Below are positions 23,835 through 37,400 of a stretch of DNA of 64,000 nt, piece by piece. Each line of letters begins with the position of its first letter. The stretch's first letter is position 1. Origin of the DNA: Cycas panzhihuaensis. Taxonomy: Eukaryota > Plantae > Cycadophyta. The notes beneath the pieces were generated by a model. That model ran no database searches. It saw only the letters and a program-made list of their open reading frames with translations, and was not told the DNA's origin. The translations under genes and the position numbers were made by a program. The stretch covers positions 208,575,741 through 208,639,740 of the forward strand of contig CM041465.1 in the NCBI GenBank assembly GCA_023213395.1, read 5' to 3'.

Positions 23835-26287
23835 GGATACTTAGTAAAGAGAAAAACCAGAAAGCTTCATGGCATAACCTAAAAGATTCTTTCATTAAAA
23901 CATTCTTACATTTCTTATATGATAAAAACGTTGATAACTATAGAAAGTCAAGACAAGAAAGAAGAGGAGGGGACCCATAATTTCTCTCCAGAATATACTA
24001 AGTTATAGTATGAAGAACAAAATATTGAAGATACTCCATCACATCAAATAAAAAAAGGTAATAGAGTAGAATTTGAGATTAAAACCATTAAGGTTAATTT
24101 AGGCGATGAAGAGAATCCTTGTGACATAACTATTGGAAATTATTGGGATGAGAAAAGAGTGGTGAAAGCACATGCATTGTTTGAGGAATTTACAGACATG
24201 TTTCAATGGTCTTATAAAGACTTAAAAGGTATCCCTCCAGAGATCGGGATGCATCACATTGACTTAATTGAAGGGACCAAGCCATTAAAATAGAGGCCTT
24301 ACTGTGTGAATCCAAAATATAAGGAAGAAGTAAAAGTAGAATTGGATAAGATGTTAGAAGCAGGTTATATTTATGAGATTGATTATAGTGTTTGGATAAG
24401 CTCAGTGGTAGTGTTACCCAAAAACAGTCAAAGTTTGTGTTGATTATAAACAATTCAATAAAGTAATCAAGAAAGACCTGTTTTTTATTCCATTTATGGA
24501 AGAGGTACTTGAGATGGTGGGAGGTAAGGAGGTGTACTCCTTGACGGATGGATTCAATGGGTATTATCAGGTCCAAATTGCTTCAAAGGATTAGCCAAAG
24601 ATCGCATTTGTGATTAAATGGAAAACCTACACTTACAGAGTTATGCCCTTTGGGTTGACCAACGTGCTAGTAACATTCCAACGTATTGTGATGAATATCT
24701 TTAAGAAAATGATGGGAGAGAAAGTTGTGGTATTTTTGGGTGATTGAACTCTATATGGAATAATGAAAAATGATATGGAGAATCTAAGAGAAATGTTACA
24801 AACATGTAGAGAGAACAATCTTTGCCTAAATCTAGAAAAATGTACATTCTTGGTACTGTTTAGGAGTCTATTGGGGCGCATTGTGAGTAAAGAAGAATTA
24901 TTGATAGACCCAACAAAAGTTTTAGCAATTCTATACTTCCTAGTCTTGTTGACCTGAAAACAATTGAAAGGATTCTTAAGTTTAATGGGATATTATAAGA
25001 AGTTTATCAAAGGATATGCGCATATATCAAGACCCTTGAAAGAGTTGTTGAGGAAAGATATAGAATGGGAACGTGGAGATGAGCAACAAGAAGCATTAAA
25101 CATTTGATAACATTAACGCCTATCCTCAGATTCCCTAATTGGAACAAAATCTTCCATGTGCATGTAGATGCCTCACAATATGCCATTAGATGCATCCTCA
25201 CACATCCTGGGGAAATAGATGTTGACCACCCAATATATTTTGTAAGCCAGAAGTTAATGAAGGCGGAGCAAAGCTATATGACGACTAAACAAGAAGGTCA
25301 GAGCATGGTGTACACATTGCAAAAATTTTGTTACTATTTACTATCAAATCCATTCATATTTTATGTGGACCATCAAGCACTCATGTATTTAGTGAATAAA
25401 CCAATCTTGAGAGGGAGAATTAGTCAATGGATTATGTTATTATAGGAATTTACTTTTAAAGTCATGGTCAAGCCTAGCAAAGCACACATAATTCTTGATC
25501 AATTATCTTGGAGTGAAAATGGAGAAGCACCCACAGGAATACCTAATGACTTCCAAGATGCAACATTATACAATGTGGAGTTAGTTCCCATAGAATGGTA
25601 CAAAGGAATTTCAAAGTATTTAGTGACAAGAGAATTACCTCCAAAATTGGATAAAATTGAGAGGAGGCATTCGGTTTTGGAAGGCAGAGCCATATCAATT
25701 AATTCAGAGGCGAACGACATTGCTTAGGATCAGATGAGGTATTATGGAGATGTGTAAAATCCCATGAGATTGAGCAAATAATGACCCAAGCACATGAAGG
25801 TGTGGTAGAAGGACACATGAGCAAGGAGGCCACATGGAGAAAAGTTTTGACAGCTAGATTTTGGTGGCCTACTATGTATGAGGACATTAAAAAATGGATT
25901 AAAAAGTGTAACTATTGCCAAAGAACCCAAAAACCTAGTTGCTAGGATTTTTGACCACTTGACCCAATACTACCCCTGGAACCTTTCAAAAAATGGGGTT
26001 TTGATTTTGTTGGGCTTATCAAACCTGTAGCTCAATAATCCCAAGCTCACTATATCTTGGTGGCCACAAACTATATCACCAAATGAGTATAGGCGAGACC
26101 CTTGAGGAAAGCAAATTCAAACAACACAGCCAGATTCTTATACGAAGTTATTAGTACATGCTATGGTTGCCCATTAGAGATTGTAAGTGACCAAGGTACA
26201 CATTTCCTAAATCAAGTGATAGAGGAGTTGACATCAAAATTCCTAATCAAACATTGAAAATCGATGCCTTATTATCCCAAAGCAAAT
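23835..26287 (+). pseudogene. pol: Element A pol: RT, RNase H, N-terminal half of integrase
   Basis: KVNLGDEENP..IGNYWD; VMPFGLTN; VVFLGD* (decayed FLDDW); FHVHVDASQY...FYVDHQAL; QAHEGVVEGH; KWGFDFVG; EIVSDQGTHF; ends at KSMPYYPKAN. Confidence 0.9.
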
Positions 26288-26454
26288 GTATTTCTATTCC
26301 AACATTATTCATTTGACATTGCTTATAAGTCCTAATAATACAATATGCTATTTCTTCGTTAATGTTCTTCCAATATGCATACTTCTTATCTAATTCCCTT
26401 GTTTTCTCAAGACTCACACGGCTAGCAAAAGGGTTATCATGTAATGCATTTAGG
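26288..26454 (-). pseudogene. Fragment of an integrase HHCC zinc-binding domain from an unrelated Gypsy element
   Basis: ALHDNPFASRVSLEKTRELDKKYAYWKNINEEIAYCIIRTYKQCQ. Confidence 0.6.
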
Positions 26455-26482
26455 ATATATATATATATATATATATATATAC

Positions 26483-26523
<41 letters not shown>

Positions 26524-26542
26524 GATAGAGAGAGAGAGGTAT
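26455..26542. repeat. Palindromic compound microsatellite (TA)n-CC(TC)n-(TA)n-(GA)nGG
   Basis: ATACCTCTCTCT... is mirrored by ...AGAGAGAGGTAT. Confidence 0.9.
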
Positions 26543-26544
26543 GC

Positions 26545-28044
26545 ACACACATATAAATAATGTATGCATGAAATCTAGCATTTTAGCACTTAGAACAGAT
26601 GGGAATGACTTCAGGATGACTCCAATAGTAGATTGGCAAGATTGAGTGTTAGAAATAGTGAAAATTAGGATCTCAAATGATAGGAATGGATATAGGAACA
26701 ATTAAAATGATTGCAGTTCATAGATTCAGTGCTTAGGTAATTGTTCTTAGTGTTTTATGGAATCGGAACAATTAGTACAAAATGGGAATGGTTATCAAAG
26801 AACAAGAATGATCAAAAGGAAATAGTTCTTTGCTAGCCTAGTGACCACGACAAAAAATGTTTGTATAATTGTATGGAAAAAACGTGTTTAATAGAGTGTA
26901 AGTGAGTTTTGTTCTGAAAAGTCAAAAGTCGCTTTGGAATGGTTGTAACTTTTAGGGCAAAATGTTGTAAAACAAGGTATACATAGGCAATTCTCACCCT
27001 TGGTTCAATGCGAGAGTTGATTCATTTGATCATGAGTCATTCTTTCTAGTGTGAGAACCAAGTCAATTGACCATGAGTCATGTTCTCGAGTGTAAGAGTC
27101 AAGTCATTTAATCATGAGCCATTTTCTCTAGTGTGAGAGTTGAGTTAGTGGAATATAGGCAATGTTCTCAAGTGTGAGAGCTGAGTTAGTAAGTCATATG
27201 ACATACTCTCAAGGGTGAAAGTTGAGCATTCAAGCATACTCATATGTGAGACATTCCCAAGGTCTTGTAACTAACTATTGATTAATAGAATATTGAGTCA
27301 CCAAGAAAATGTGTATATTTTATGTGTGTGCTTGAGTGAAGTGTTTCTATACATTGCATTTATATGTATGAAGTAGTGCTAATATGCAACGTTGAGTCAA
27401 CATAGTGCACTTGGCTTAAGGCATGTGGATACCAACATTAAGGTGATGAGGATACGTGACCAAAGTGTAAATAGGTGGTTTTTAGGACAATCGATGTGTT
27501 ATAACCGAAGTGAACATTGGTTGTGTTGCTAAAATTTGCTAAAATTCTTATGTAGAGCAGAACCCAAGTCCTTGAAGAGGGGTGAGAAAGACCAAAGGAC
27601 CCTGGCTGCCATCATGATGGTTGTTTTTAACTAACCATGGCAGCTAGGCGACCTTCTAATGCAACTTAAAATGCCTTCAAGCAGTGGGATTTCAAAATCA
27701 AGCTATCAAAAGGCAATACATTAGGCCAAGGAAAGTAAGTTACAACGAGTGCATAAGAGGACCACACCAGCAAGAGGTGAGATGAGGGATAAGTCATCTA
27801 GAACATCAAAAGGATGTTGGTTATTAACACCATGGATTGTTGAAAGTGAAGAGTGCACTACGACAATGGAACCAACCCTTGAAATGGATAAGGCCAATAT
27901 ATTTGATCCTAAAAGGATGTTGACAATGGTTAACGAAAACCCTAGTTTGGAAGAAAGGTCAAAGAGCATGAGTGATAATAAAAATAAGGCAAATGAAGGT
28001 CTTGAGGGAGTTTGGGAGAATTATTTCACAAGGAAATTATTTAG
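26545..28044 (+). mobile_element. Element B': 5' LTR, decayed Glu PBS, leader and start of gag; truncated
   Basis: LTR ends ...GAACA at 27516; PBS TGGTTGTGTTGCT 27518-27530; 27560-28043 is an inverted homolog of 31120-31640 (SKSMSD..EG..WENY.TRKLF). Left LTR boundary approximate. Confidence 0.75.
27012..27250. repeat. About 41-bp degenerate tandem repeat (5-6 copies) in the B' LTR
   Basis: Units start at 27012, 27053, 27094, 27136; core CATGAGTCAT..TCT.AGTGTGAGAG. Confidence 0.8.
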
Positions 28045-31000
28045 CCCTAGGTATGGTGGAGGGGTGCTAGAGTTGTTAGCCTAGGGGAGGATGGGTGGTT
28101 AAGATTGAAACGAGATTGTCCCCTGCACTTAATTTAGAGGAGAATAGAGGGTTAGGCTTGGGAGTGGAACCCTCATTGGTTACTTGCACACGTAAAAGGG
28201 TAAATTCAAGATTGAGGTTGGGATTGGGATTGGGTAAAAGTTGGTGTTGGGGATAGGTTCGATTGGAAGGTTGGGTTGATCTTTTGATAGTTTGAATCTT
28301 ATCACTAATTATTACATTCGTCAAGTTTTTGATAGAGTTAGAGTTTGCCTTATCTATATGAGTATTCACTTTTATAGGACTAAACCTGGAATTACCTAGG
28401 TCTCCTAGATTTGGAAGGATTGATTTTCCCTCTTCATTCCCTATTATAGTTTCTATTTCCAATAATTTTTTATTCAAACAATCACTATCTATACTATCAA
28501 TTATATAGCCTAATCTAAGATTTTTACTATTGCTATTATCACTAGTAACACTCATACACTCATCAATAGTTTCATTAATTAAATCAATGCCAATATCATA
28601 TTCGTTTTACAACAATAAGCAATAGAAAAAGGGGTAAATTACCTCATAGGCCCCTTGCAACCAATATTCAAGAAAATTGTTGGTCTTTCCTCCCTCGTAT
28701 TCTAACTTGAGGTGTAATTCCCCATAACGATTTGGTTCATTTTCATATGGGTTATTCATGGTGCTTGCTTCTTCCACAACTCAATGTATTGTAGCTTCAT
28801 TAAATGATGATGTGGTGTTTTCACTTGCAATTGTAGTGTTGGATGTATCATCTGGGATTACTTCAATCGTAATCTTTTCTTTCTCCAACATTGGTAAAGT
28901 CACTTGTTTTCTATCTTGGGATAGTGCGAAGGTTTGATTCTTCTAGCTTTATAAGCATTTTGTTTTATATAACCATGGTCTCCCTAGTAATGTTGGGCAA
29001 GAGATCATGCCTTTAGCTATCTTGAGTATGGTAAACTCCATGGGCACCTCTATTCCAACCAAATTTACTTTAATATTCAGTACTCTCTCATGTGGTCAAA
29101 CTTGAAGCTTATTTGCTAACTTCAATGAATATGCTATTGGGTTCATGTTGTTTGGCTCCCAAGTTGCCTCCATGTTTACACTGGTAGTGGATTCACTGTT
29201 TGCCCATCATTTACAATCAGGTTGTTGAAAGCTTCTCCTAATACAATCATTGTCATTTTAGGGTCTTTATCAAAAAATATGGCAACACTATTTATATTCT
29301 ATACATTTCCCTTTGAGTCCTTGATTTGGAACAATCCCAATTTCATCCATGTTATCACTTGTCAATGGGATGGTTAATTGTAATTGTTTAACTAGATTTT
29401 CCATCAATACTAATATTTTGGGTATATCCTCTAGGGGTATATTATGAAATAATTGACCACATTCCACCACAGCGGGTTGGTTTGCTACTTTTGCGTCCTT
29501 TTCTTTTTGTGGCCCCCTTCTTTTGTACACATTCTTGATTTCTGGTCTTGTTGATAGTAGTCTATTTGCTTTGGCTACATGGACTGTTTCTTTTGAAGCT
29601 TGCTTTATGACAACGAACCGAACAATTTCCACTTAAAGGTTAGGGCAATTGGCTTCCTCTTTTTGTTTTGTCTTCAACTCACTTCTAGTCTACAAATTTA
29701 TCAATTTTGGTGTGTTTGGTACCATTGTGGTCAAGATTGCCAACCTTGCATTCAATGGGCAAGGTTTTGAGGGATGGTTACATCGTCTGTATTTTTTGCA
29801 TATGTGGGTGTTGCTATCTCTTGCTTTTTCATATGGGCATATTGACTTCCAGTGCCCAAATTCCAAGCAGAACAAACACCTTCATGTCGGGGTCTTCTTT
29901 TTGGAATGGTTTGTGGTGGTTTTTGTTGCATGTGTGGTAGGGGATTCACTTCCTCCTCCCCTTCCTCTACCTCAAGTACTCTTTCCTCTGGGGTTGTAAT
30001 AACATTCCTTTATAGTATATGTGTTAGTGTCACATACATGACACCACTTGATCCTTTCCTCACATTTTTGGGGTTTAAGTAACAATCTTTAGCAATATGT
30101 GTGTCTGTTTCACATATATGACACCACTTTGATTTCTTATTTGCATTACTGCCATTTGGATTAAGGTAGCAATTGTTTGTTGAATGCATGTCCAATTGGT
30201 AAATGTGACACCATTTTGGGTCAAGTCTAACTCTAGTTTGTTGACTGCTTCTCAACTTTTCTTCTTCTTTCCACATTTTCCTCTTTTACATTTTTAATTT
30301 CTTCTCTGCCATTTCCCTTTTTAGGGTTTCTAATTTTGAGTTTTCTTCTTTTGTTACTACCTTTCAAGCTTTTTCCATGTGCAACTCTTTAAATTCCTCT
30401 TGTAGCATTCTTATACCATTATCTGGTGAACCTCCTTCCTAAAACTCCATTTCTTTTTCTAATTCCAATGCCCATTCCTTAGTCTTGGTTGTAAGCCATT
30501 TATAAAGAAACTTTTCAACATGAAATCTAAAAGTTTTTTCTTTGTTTGTTACATTTCTAGTCATGATGGCCATCCAACTTGCATAGTCTAGGATTGACTC
30601 TCCTAGTTGTTGCTTTAGACTCTTGAGTGCCTATATCACTACTTCATTACTTCTCAGTTTTTGAAGCCTCTTTTAAAATTCTCTAACTATGTTGTCTCAT
30701 GACTTAGTTTTAGCATTCAATGTTTTGTACCATACTAGTGGTACTTCTCACAAGGTACACACGAATCTCCCTTTTATATTGTCATAATTTGTGATTTTTC
30801 TCACCTCAATCATATTTTTAAAAAGATATAGATGTTCGATAACATCCATATTTCCATTAAATGTAAGATGATTAAAAGCACTTTCATTATAATATCCTAA
30901 GGATGCCGTTTTTGAAGGTGTCTTGGCCCTTGGCATATCCACAAACATTGTATCGATGGGCTTTGGTGACAATCTTGGCTTTGGCATTGTTTCCACACTT

Positions 31001-32410
31001 TCCTTAAACAATGGGTTATTGTTTAGCTATTTTACTTGTATTGTTCACTCTACATTTGGTGTCTAAATCACTAATGGTGTTCGAATCAGAAATGTATTGT
31101 CTCCTGGGTCTTGTAGTGTATTAAATAACTTCCTTGTGAGATAATTTTCCCAAGCTACCTCTGAACCTTCCTCCACCCTATTCTCACTATCACTCATGCT
31201 CTTTGAGCTTTCTTTTGGGCTAGAGTTCTCTTTACTCCTCATCAGAATCCCTCTAGGATTGGATACATTGACCTTATTGGTTTCCAGGGCTTTTTCTACT
31301 ACCGTAGTGACTCCTCCATTTTTGGTAGGCCTTGGTGTCAATAATCCACTTCCTTTTGATGTCTTGGTGGACTTACCCTTGTCCCACCTCTTGGTGGTGT
31401 GCCCCTCTTATGCACCCATCTTAATTTACTTTCCTTAGCCCAATGTATTGCCCTTTGACAACTTGATTCTAGAATCCCGCTACTTGAAGCTTCTTAGGCA
31501 GCATTGGAAGGTCCCCTGGCTATCATGGTTTAGTTAGAAATTGCCATCACAACGATAACCGGGTTCCTTTGATCTTTATGCATACACTCTCACCCTTCTT
31601 TTGAGCCTCAGATGTTTCTCTACACTAGAGTTTTAGCAATGAAACCAATGTTGATTAATATTCAATACATTGGCGTTTGAACTGCCCATTTATGTATTGG
31701 TCTTGTGGCCTTTTCACCTTGGCGTCACTCCTCAGATGTCTGTTGCATGTAAGGGCAACTCAGAACAATATTACACAACATTCCCAACATATGCAACCAT
31801 CCATGAAGCATACACATTACAAAGAATGTTTCCTCGTAACTTGTTATTTTATTAATCAGCACTATATACAATGCTTTGACTCTTCACCTTTGAAATTATG
31901 ACATATGACTCAATTGCTTGGTTTCATCCTTGAGACTTTTACATGTGATTAGTTGGTTCGACTCTCATTGTTGGACAAATGGTAGAAATGACTTATTTAT
32001 ACACTCTTCCCATAGTCAAACACCCAAAAGGTTGTGACTTTACAACATACCTTTTGCCTTTCCATGACAAAACTTCAATTACACTTAGTGACTTGTGCCT
32101 TTTTGTACGTCTGTGCATCCATATAGGCATATGATTCATCATCTTTTGAGTCAGCATAAAACCATTTCTTATTAATTGTTTTCCATTCCTCATAACCATT
32201 CGCCATTCCTATGAGCCATTCACCATTTTGCAATACATTGAGAATTGTTCTCTGAGAGCTAAAATGCCGACCTGCAACTATTCTAACCATTCCCAACCGT
32301 TCTACTATGTGTTTTTCCTATCAATTCACTCATTTGTTGCTAGAGCCATTCTTGGAACCATGCCCTAGTGTCCAAGTGCCAGATCTTCTACTAATTGAGG
32401 ATTGATGTAC
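28045..32410 (-). mobile_element. Element B: LTR, decayed Glu PBS, gag (5 knuckles), protease, spacer; truncated before RT
   Basis: LTR from 31649 rightwards (outer end approximate); PBS TGGTTTCATTGCT 31635-31647; gag FNGNMDVIEHLYLFKNMI...RFVCTL; protease LLGRPWLYK at ~28960-28995. Confidence 0.8.
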
Positions 32411-32951
32411 AAATGACAATCATTTTATGATGTATGGTAAACTATTGTGCGATTAATAGTGGTACGAATCTATGAAAACAATGTGCTTTTCTTACTCATT
32501 TTGCTTATGAAAATTAACAATACAACAAGTATATGATAAGTACATGGGTGCATGAAGCAAAACAAAATTATGTTTCTACATTGAACATCGTGAATGTTTT
32601 CTTTGTACTCACAACAATAAATTTCCATGGTTGAATTGATTTTGATACTTTGTGTTATGAGGATGAAATGCGCATATGAATGGAATTTATTGGTTATTGG
32701 AAATAGAACGCATAACCCTGACAACAAATTCATAACCTAGGCAAGACCTTTATTTGTTAGAAGTAATGGAAAGACCATTTTTCATCTAAGGAAATGGTAA
32801 TATCTTTGTTTGTCAAAGATATGGATTGGGTCTTTGGTTGTCAAAAATGAGGTTTTTGTCAACGAAGGCCCTAGAACCATTTTAAAATGATAAAACAATA
32901 TGAAGGACCATTGTTCTTTGAGGACAATGATCTCCTCAAAGTGGAGAGAGA

Positions 32952-34645
32952 TGCTACGAGAGGGAATTTTACCCTTTCAATGATTAAAAACCTCATAAAT
33001 TCAACATGAATTTAAAAATCATAAGTGAGAAGCTAGTGGTTAAGGTTTAATAACCCTAAGAGGATGTTGCACATTTATTTAGAGTTGAGGTTAACTTTAA
33101 GTCATCAAATTAATTATGAAGAATTGTGCAAATGAGGTGACACCTCACTGATGAATAAAGAGGCAAGCTTTACAGTCAAGTCGTTGCCTAAGCCAAGTTC
33201 TCTCCTATATAAACTCATAACCAACAAAGACAAGAATACATTATGCTATTGACAAGGAAGATACTACCAGAGAGAAAAGCTGAGGAGAACAAAGGACAAG
33301 CAAGTGCACTTCAACATTTCATCAAATACTTTCTCCACTAATAAAAGTACAATCCAACCATAAAAGAGAGCAAGGCAAGGCATTAAGAATTTTATTTAAG
33401 TTCATTTTCAAGAATTAAATGCTATATTTATATTATTGCACCTTCTTTCTTCCTCTAACATAACAATAACTAGGTTTTGGTCCAAAGGCTAATTTAAGAA
33501 ATACTTGAAAAATGCTTTCCACGAGGAAGAAGTAATGCCCTCAGGGAAAATATGGACCGTATGGGTCTATTGTAGCTGTACAAATCCTAGTAGTACCACA
33601 CAGGGCCATACCACAATGAAATAAGGGTTTGGGAAGTGATTTTTATGATGCCCGAGCTAACTAGTTAGAATTTATTCAAATAGTTTCATATGAAAATCCA
33701 CATAAGAAAACTCAATGAAAGTGGATTTTGAATCCACTATATGGCAGAGCATTGAGTGATTTATGGTCTGAAGTAAGTACATACCATACAACAACCATTA
33801 ATACACTAATACTTGAAAAAAAATTAAATAAACAAAGTGTTGGAAAGTTTGGACAACCCTTTAGTTAACTCAATGTTTGAGTGGGCAAACAAACCTGAAA
33901 TTTAGTGAAACTTGAAAGAAAGTTGGGATACTACCATGTAGGCAGTCTATATGGACCATATTTACTACCTAGACCTGCATTTAATGACAAAAAACGGAAA
34001 TTTTTTTGAGTTTTGGAAATTCATAAGTATGCAAACTTAGCTTATAACATAATTCGCCATTTAAACCATAGTGAAAAGACATTAGAGAGTTGTCACAATT
34101 GTGTAGACCTTACGGTATGGACAAATGTATACACAGTTTGTACACCTTCGTTTTTAACAACATTTAATGAGGTTAAATGCAAACCAATACTTGCTGGAAC
34201 ATAGTAAAATTTAGTTTGCATATTATAATTGAATGTGTGTTAATGAATGATGAAAACATAATGAAAATGCACAACAAGGGAGCCTTATGGTTGTATACAT
34301 ATTGTATGGTCACCCTAAAGTGTAGGAGATGACTGTTATAGGATGGAAACAGTAGAATGGAGTGGTTTCCATGATGGTGCACAATGAGAAATTAATGAAT
34401 AAATTCATGAAGGCATTAATAATACATATGTTCCTTGAAAGGCTCACAAAACATGCATCAAAAGTGAATGAACAACTATTGGAAATTAATTGCAACAATA
34501 TAGATAACAGTACATGAAATGCATTAAATAAGATATATATGTATATGTGAAATCACATCATTAACTTGTGTCATGATTAGTTGCATAAATGGATGCCATA
34601 GTAATATGTTTATGAGTGTTTTGGAAATTGTGTGATGATGGTGAC
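32952..34645 (+). repeat. Start of a large LTR of another Gypsy family (probably continues at 45199-46383 and about 50049-50580)
   Basis: Purine tract AAAGTGGAGAGAGA then TGCTAC; TATA CTATATAAA at ~33207; similar to the sequence starting at 51047 (GAGGGAA.TT.ACCC, AGTG.TTAAGGTT, CTAAG.CAAGT, CTATATAAAC). Confidence 0.55.
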
Positions 34646-35582
34646 TATTGACTTTTACACGATCTCCCTATTGATATAGGTACACTTGTCAAGGGATCAC
34701 TTAGTAGTCTAGTTTAGGATACAGTAAACATACTTCATACACCCAAGGTTATCACATATTCACTCATAATTCCACACAATGTCATCACAGATTATACACA
34801 ACAGTACAATAATCAACAAGTATTCATCATACAAGCATCATAGTACACCTAAAACACAGATTTCCACGTAACTCTTCCCTTTATTAAGAAATAAGTCTTG
34901 TATAATTAGTTCTGGAATGTATCTTCTATACATTCCAGCCATATACACAAGATTCTGTCATATACATTCCGAAAGGGAATGCATCACAGAATGCATCTGC
35001 TATAACTTCGATCCATACCATTGATTTGGCTTGCTGGCTACCGTACCACCATGTAGAATGAATGTTTGGCTCTCATTGCTAGAATGGTCCTCAATGGTCT
35101 TCTTAAATATGCCCTTTTGGTACCTTTTGATGAAGGGTTATGACTCCCTGTCATAACTGTACCTTTTCAATCACAATGTGACCTTTCACTTAACACATGA
35201 TTAGTTTCTCCTTTAATGGTGCATTTTCATCCATACGTCCGTCCGTACGTCCTTCTAGGTTGACATCATCATCCTTGGGTGCCTTTAGGTAACGTATGGT
35301 CATGCATACCCTGCTGTCCGCTAGCGTACCGAAAACAATACGCACTTTGTGTTGCGTACCTATTATGGTATGCACCTATCATACGTACCTAGAATGCTTG
35401 TTTTCCACCTTTCTCCACCATGTGTACATTTGTACGGTTTGTACCTGCATTCCACTGGTTAATATAGTTCTACATTCCATCTTCCTACGTACGTCCGTAC
35501 GGTTTGTACCTGCATTCCACTAGTCAATATAGTCCTACATTCCATCTTCCTCATAGCCTATGTGCCAAAATATACCCCAACA
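34646..35582 (-). repeat. Element C 3' LTR (937 bp, with an internal ~65-bp tandem duplication)
   Basis: Direct repeat of 44330-45193; GTACGGTTTGTACCTGCATTCCACT occurs twice (~35432 and ~35497). Confidence 0.95.
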
Positions 35583-35583
35583 T

Positions 35584-36884
35584 CTATCCCGGGTTGACAA
35601 GATTGGGTTGAGCATCCTTGCTCATCAAAATTTCAAAAATTTTGAAGTATCCTTCCCCCTCTCTATTCTAAAATTGCCTCGCTTCCTTTGCTTGGTCTCG
35701 TGTAGCCAAAATTTCTTTGTTGATTTGAGTGAGGGTTGCTATTATAACATCTTTCTCTTTGATCTTCTCTTGAAGGGTAGTTATTTTTCTCTTATATTCT
35801 TCTTCCATTTCCTTAATTGAATTATTTGTTGAGATTTTCCTTCGGTTTGAGTTGGTGGTGCTGATGTTTCCCCTATCTCCATTACAAGAGGAAATTTTGC
35901 CCATTCTTTGAGGGAGGGCTCCATTTCTCCTTCCTCTTCAGGTTTTTCTTCATCCCTACTTCTCTTACTACTTCTTCGAATTGTCTGTTTTGTGCGATGT
36001 GGAATAGATGACCCTAGAGTTTGTTGTAACCATTTCAACACTTTTGTCATCTCTTTTTGTAACTTCCTCTTGATTTCCCTATCCTGAGTGTTTTCTGGAA
36101 ATTCATTCACCCATTATTTTATAAAAGGTTCATTTGGATAGATGATTGATTGCGGGAGTTGTATACCTGGACATCGGTAGAACAAAACAACCAATAACAA
36201 GGAGGGATGTTGGAATGGATGTGACATTACTTCCTAAATTTGTTGTGTCATGTTATCGCCAGAAATTTAGAATAATTGAGATATTCCCCATCTTGAAGTT
36301 TTGGTAATATTTTCTTTTGGAGAAGAATCTTGTATTTATGACTTTGGCTATCCATTGTAACCTAATATCTTTTATATCTGCTACACGAATACCCCCTGAT
36401 GTTAGTTGGATATTTTCCTGGCAAAATTCTTTTAACCAAGTTTCTCGGTCCACTTCTAATCTTTTTGTGGCTGTTGGGACTTCTCCCTCCTTTGGAAGTC
36501 CTATAAGCAGGTGAATTATATCTACCTCTAATTTCACTTTCTTCAAATCCCTTTTTAATTCTAACATAATGTTTTCCATTAACTCCTAATCCCAATAAAG
36601 AGGATTGAAATATATATATTCTCCCCATCCTGCTTGCTTGACCATTGTTCTAAATTGGGTAGGTAATCCATCCAATTCCTTTTTCAGTTTGGATAGGAAG
36701 GTTTCTTGGCATTCTGTCGTCTTCATTATCACCAGGTTATGGAAATTTCCAGAAGTAAACCTGATATTGACCAAGAAATATAGAACAAACCCTACATACG
36801 TACCTTTTTTGGAATGGTTGACTATATTTGATAATTTGCTTTGAATTCAATGCTAAATTCTTGCTCTTTTTCTTCTTGGATCAT
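35584..36884 (-). pseudogene. Element C extra 3' ORF (plant mobile domain/Transposase_32-like N-part, coiled-coil C-part)
   Basis: Fragments KQAGWGEYIYF, HLLIGLPKEGE, SGGIRVADIKD...WIAKVINTRF, FYRCPGIQLP, IKEMEEEYKRKITTLQEKIKEKD; homologous to D 62431-63976. Confidence 0.65.
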
Positions 36885-37400
36885 AGTAATTCTAACTGGT
36901 TGCTGACTATTATGAAATTCAGATTGATTCTCTTTGTTTTTAGCTTGTGTACTGTGTAGGAATGGTTGCAGGTATGCACTATATACTTTTGTCTTTCTTG
37001 CCTATTTTCTCTATACGTACCTGATAGCGTACTTTTTTAGTACATATAGCGTATTCTAGCTCACTTACTCAATTTTCATTTTGTGTACTTGGTAACATAC
37101 CATTTTTGGTACGTATAGTGTATTTCACTAGTATGTATGTAAGAAATCTGATTTTTCTGATACAATTTTTCAGAATTCCGATTTTTCTTATCATGATATA
37201 TCTTTCTTCTTATGATTTGCCATATTGCTTATTTATATGATATGAGTTACGGTTGCTTTTTCTGTTTTTTGATTTTTTTGTATTTTTGTGTTTACATACT
37301 GAACTGGATCACGTTCTGGTATCAAGGCGGTCTGATTTGCCTCAACTTCATGCAACTCGTTATGGTACAACCAGCTGATCTGGCTGGTAGTTTCTTCATC

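Larger units (their letters stand above)
476..26287 (+). mobile_element. Element A: decayed non-chromovirus Ty3/Gypsy, interrupted by Copia-2 (3020-23829) and truncated inside integrase
   Basis: Zinc knuckles, protease (IIDGGATVNVLP...LLGRPWL), then after the insertion RT, RNase H and integrase in Gypsy order. Collinear with element C. Confidence 0.9.
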
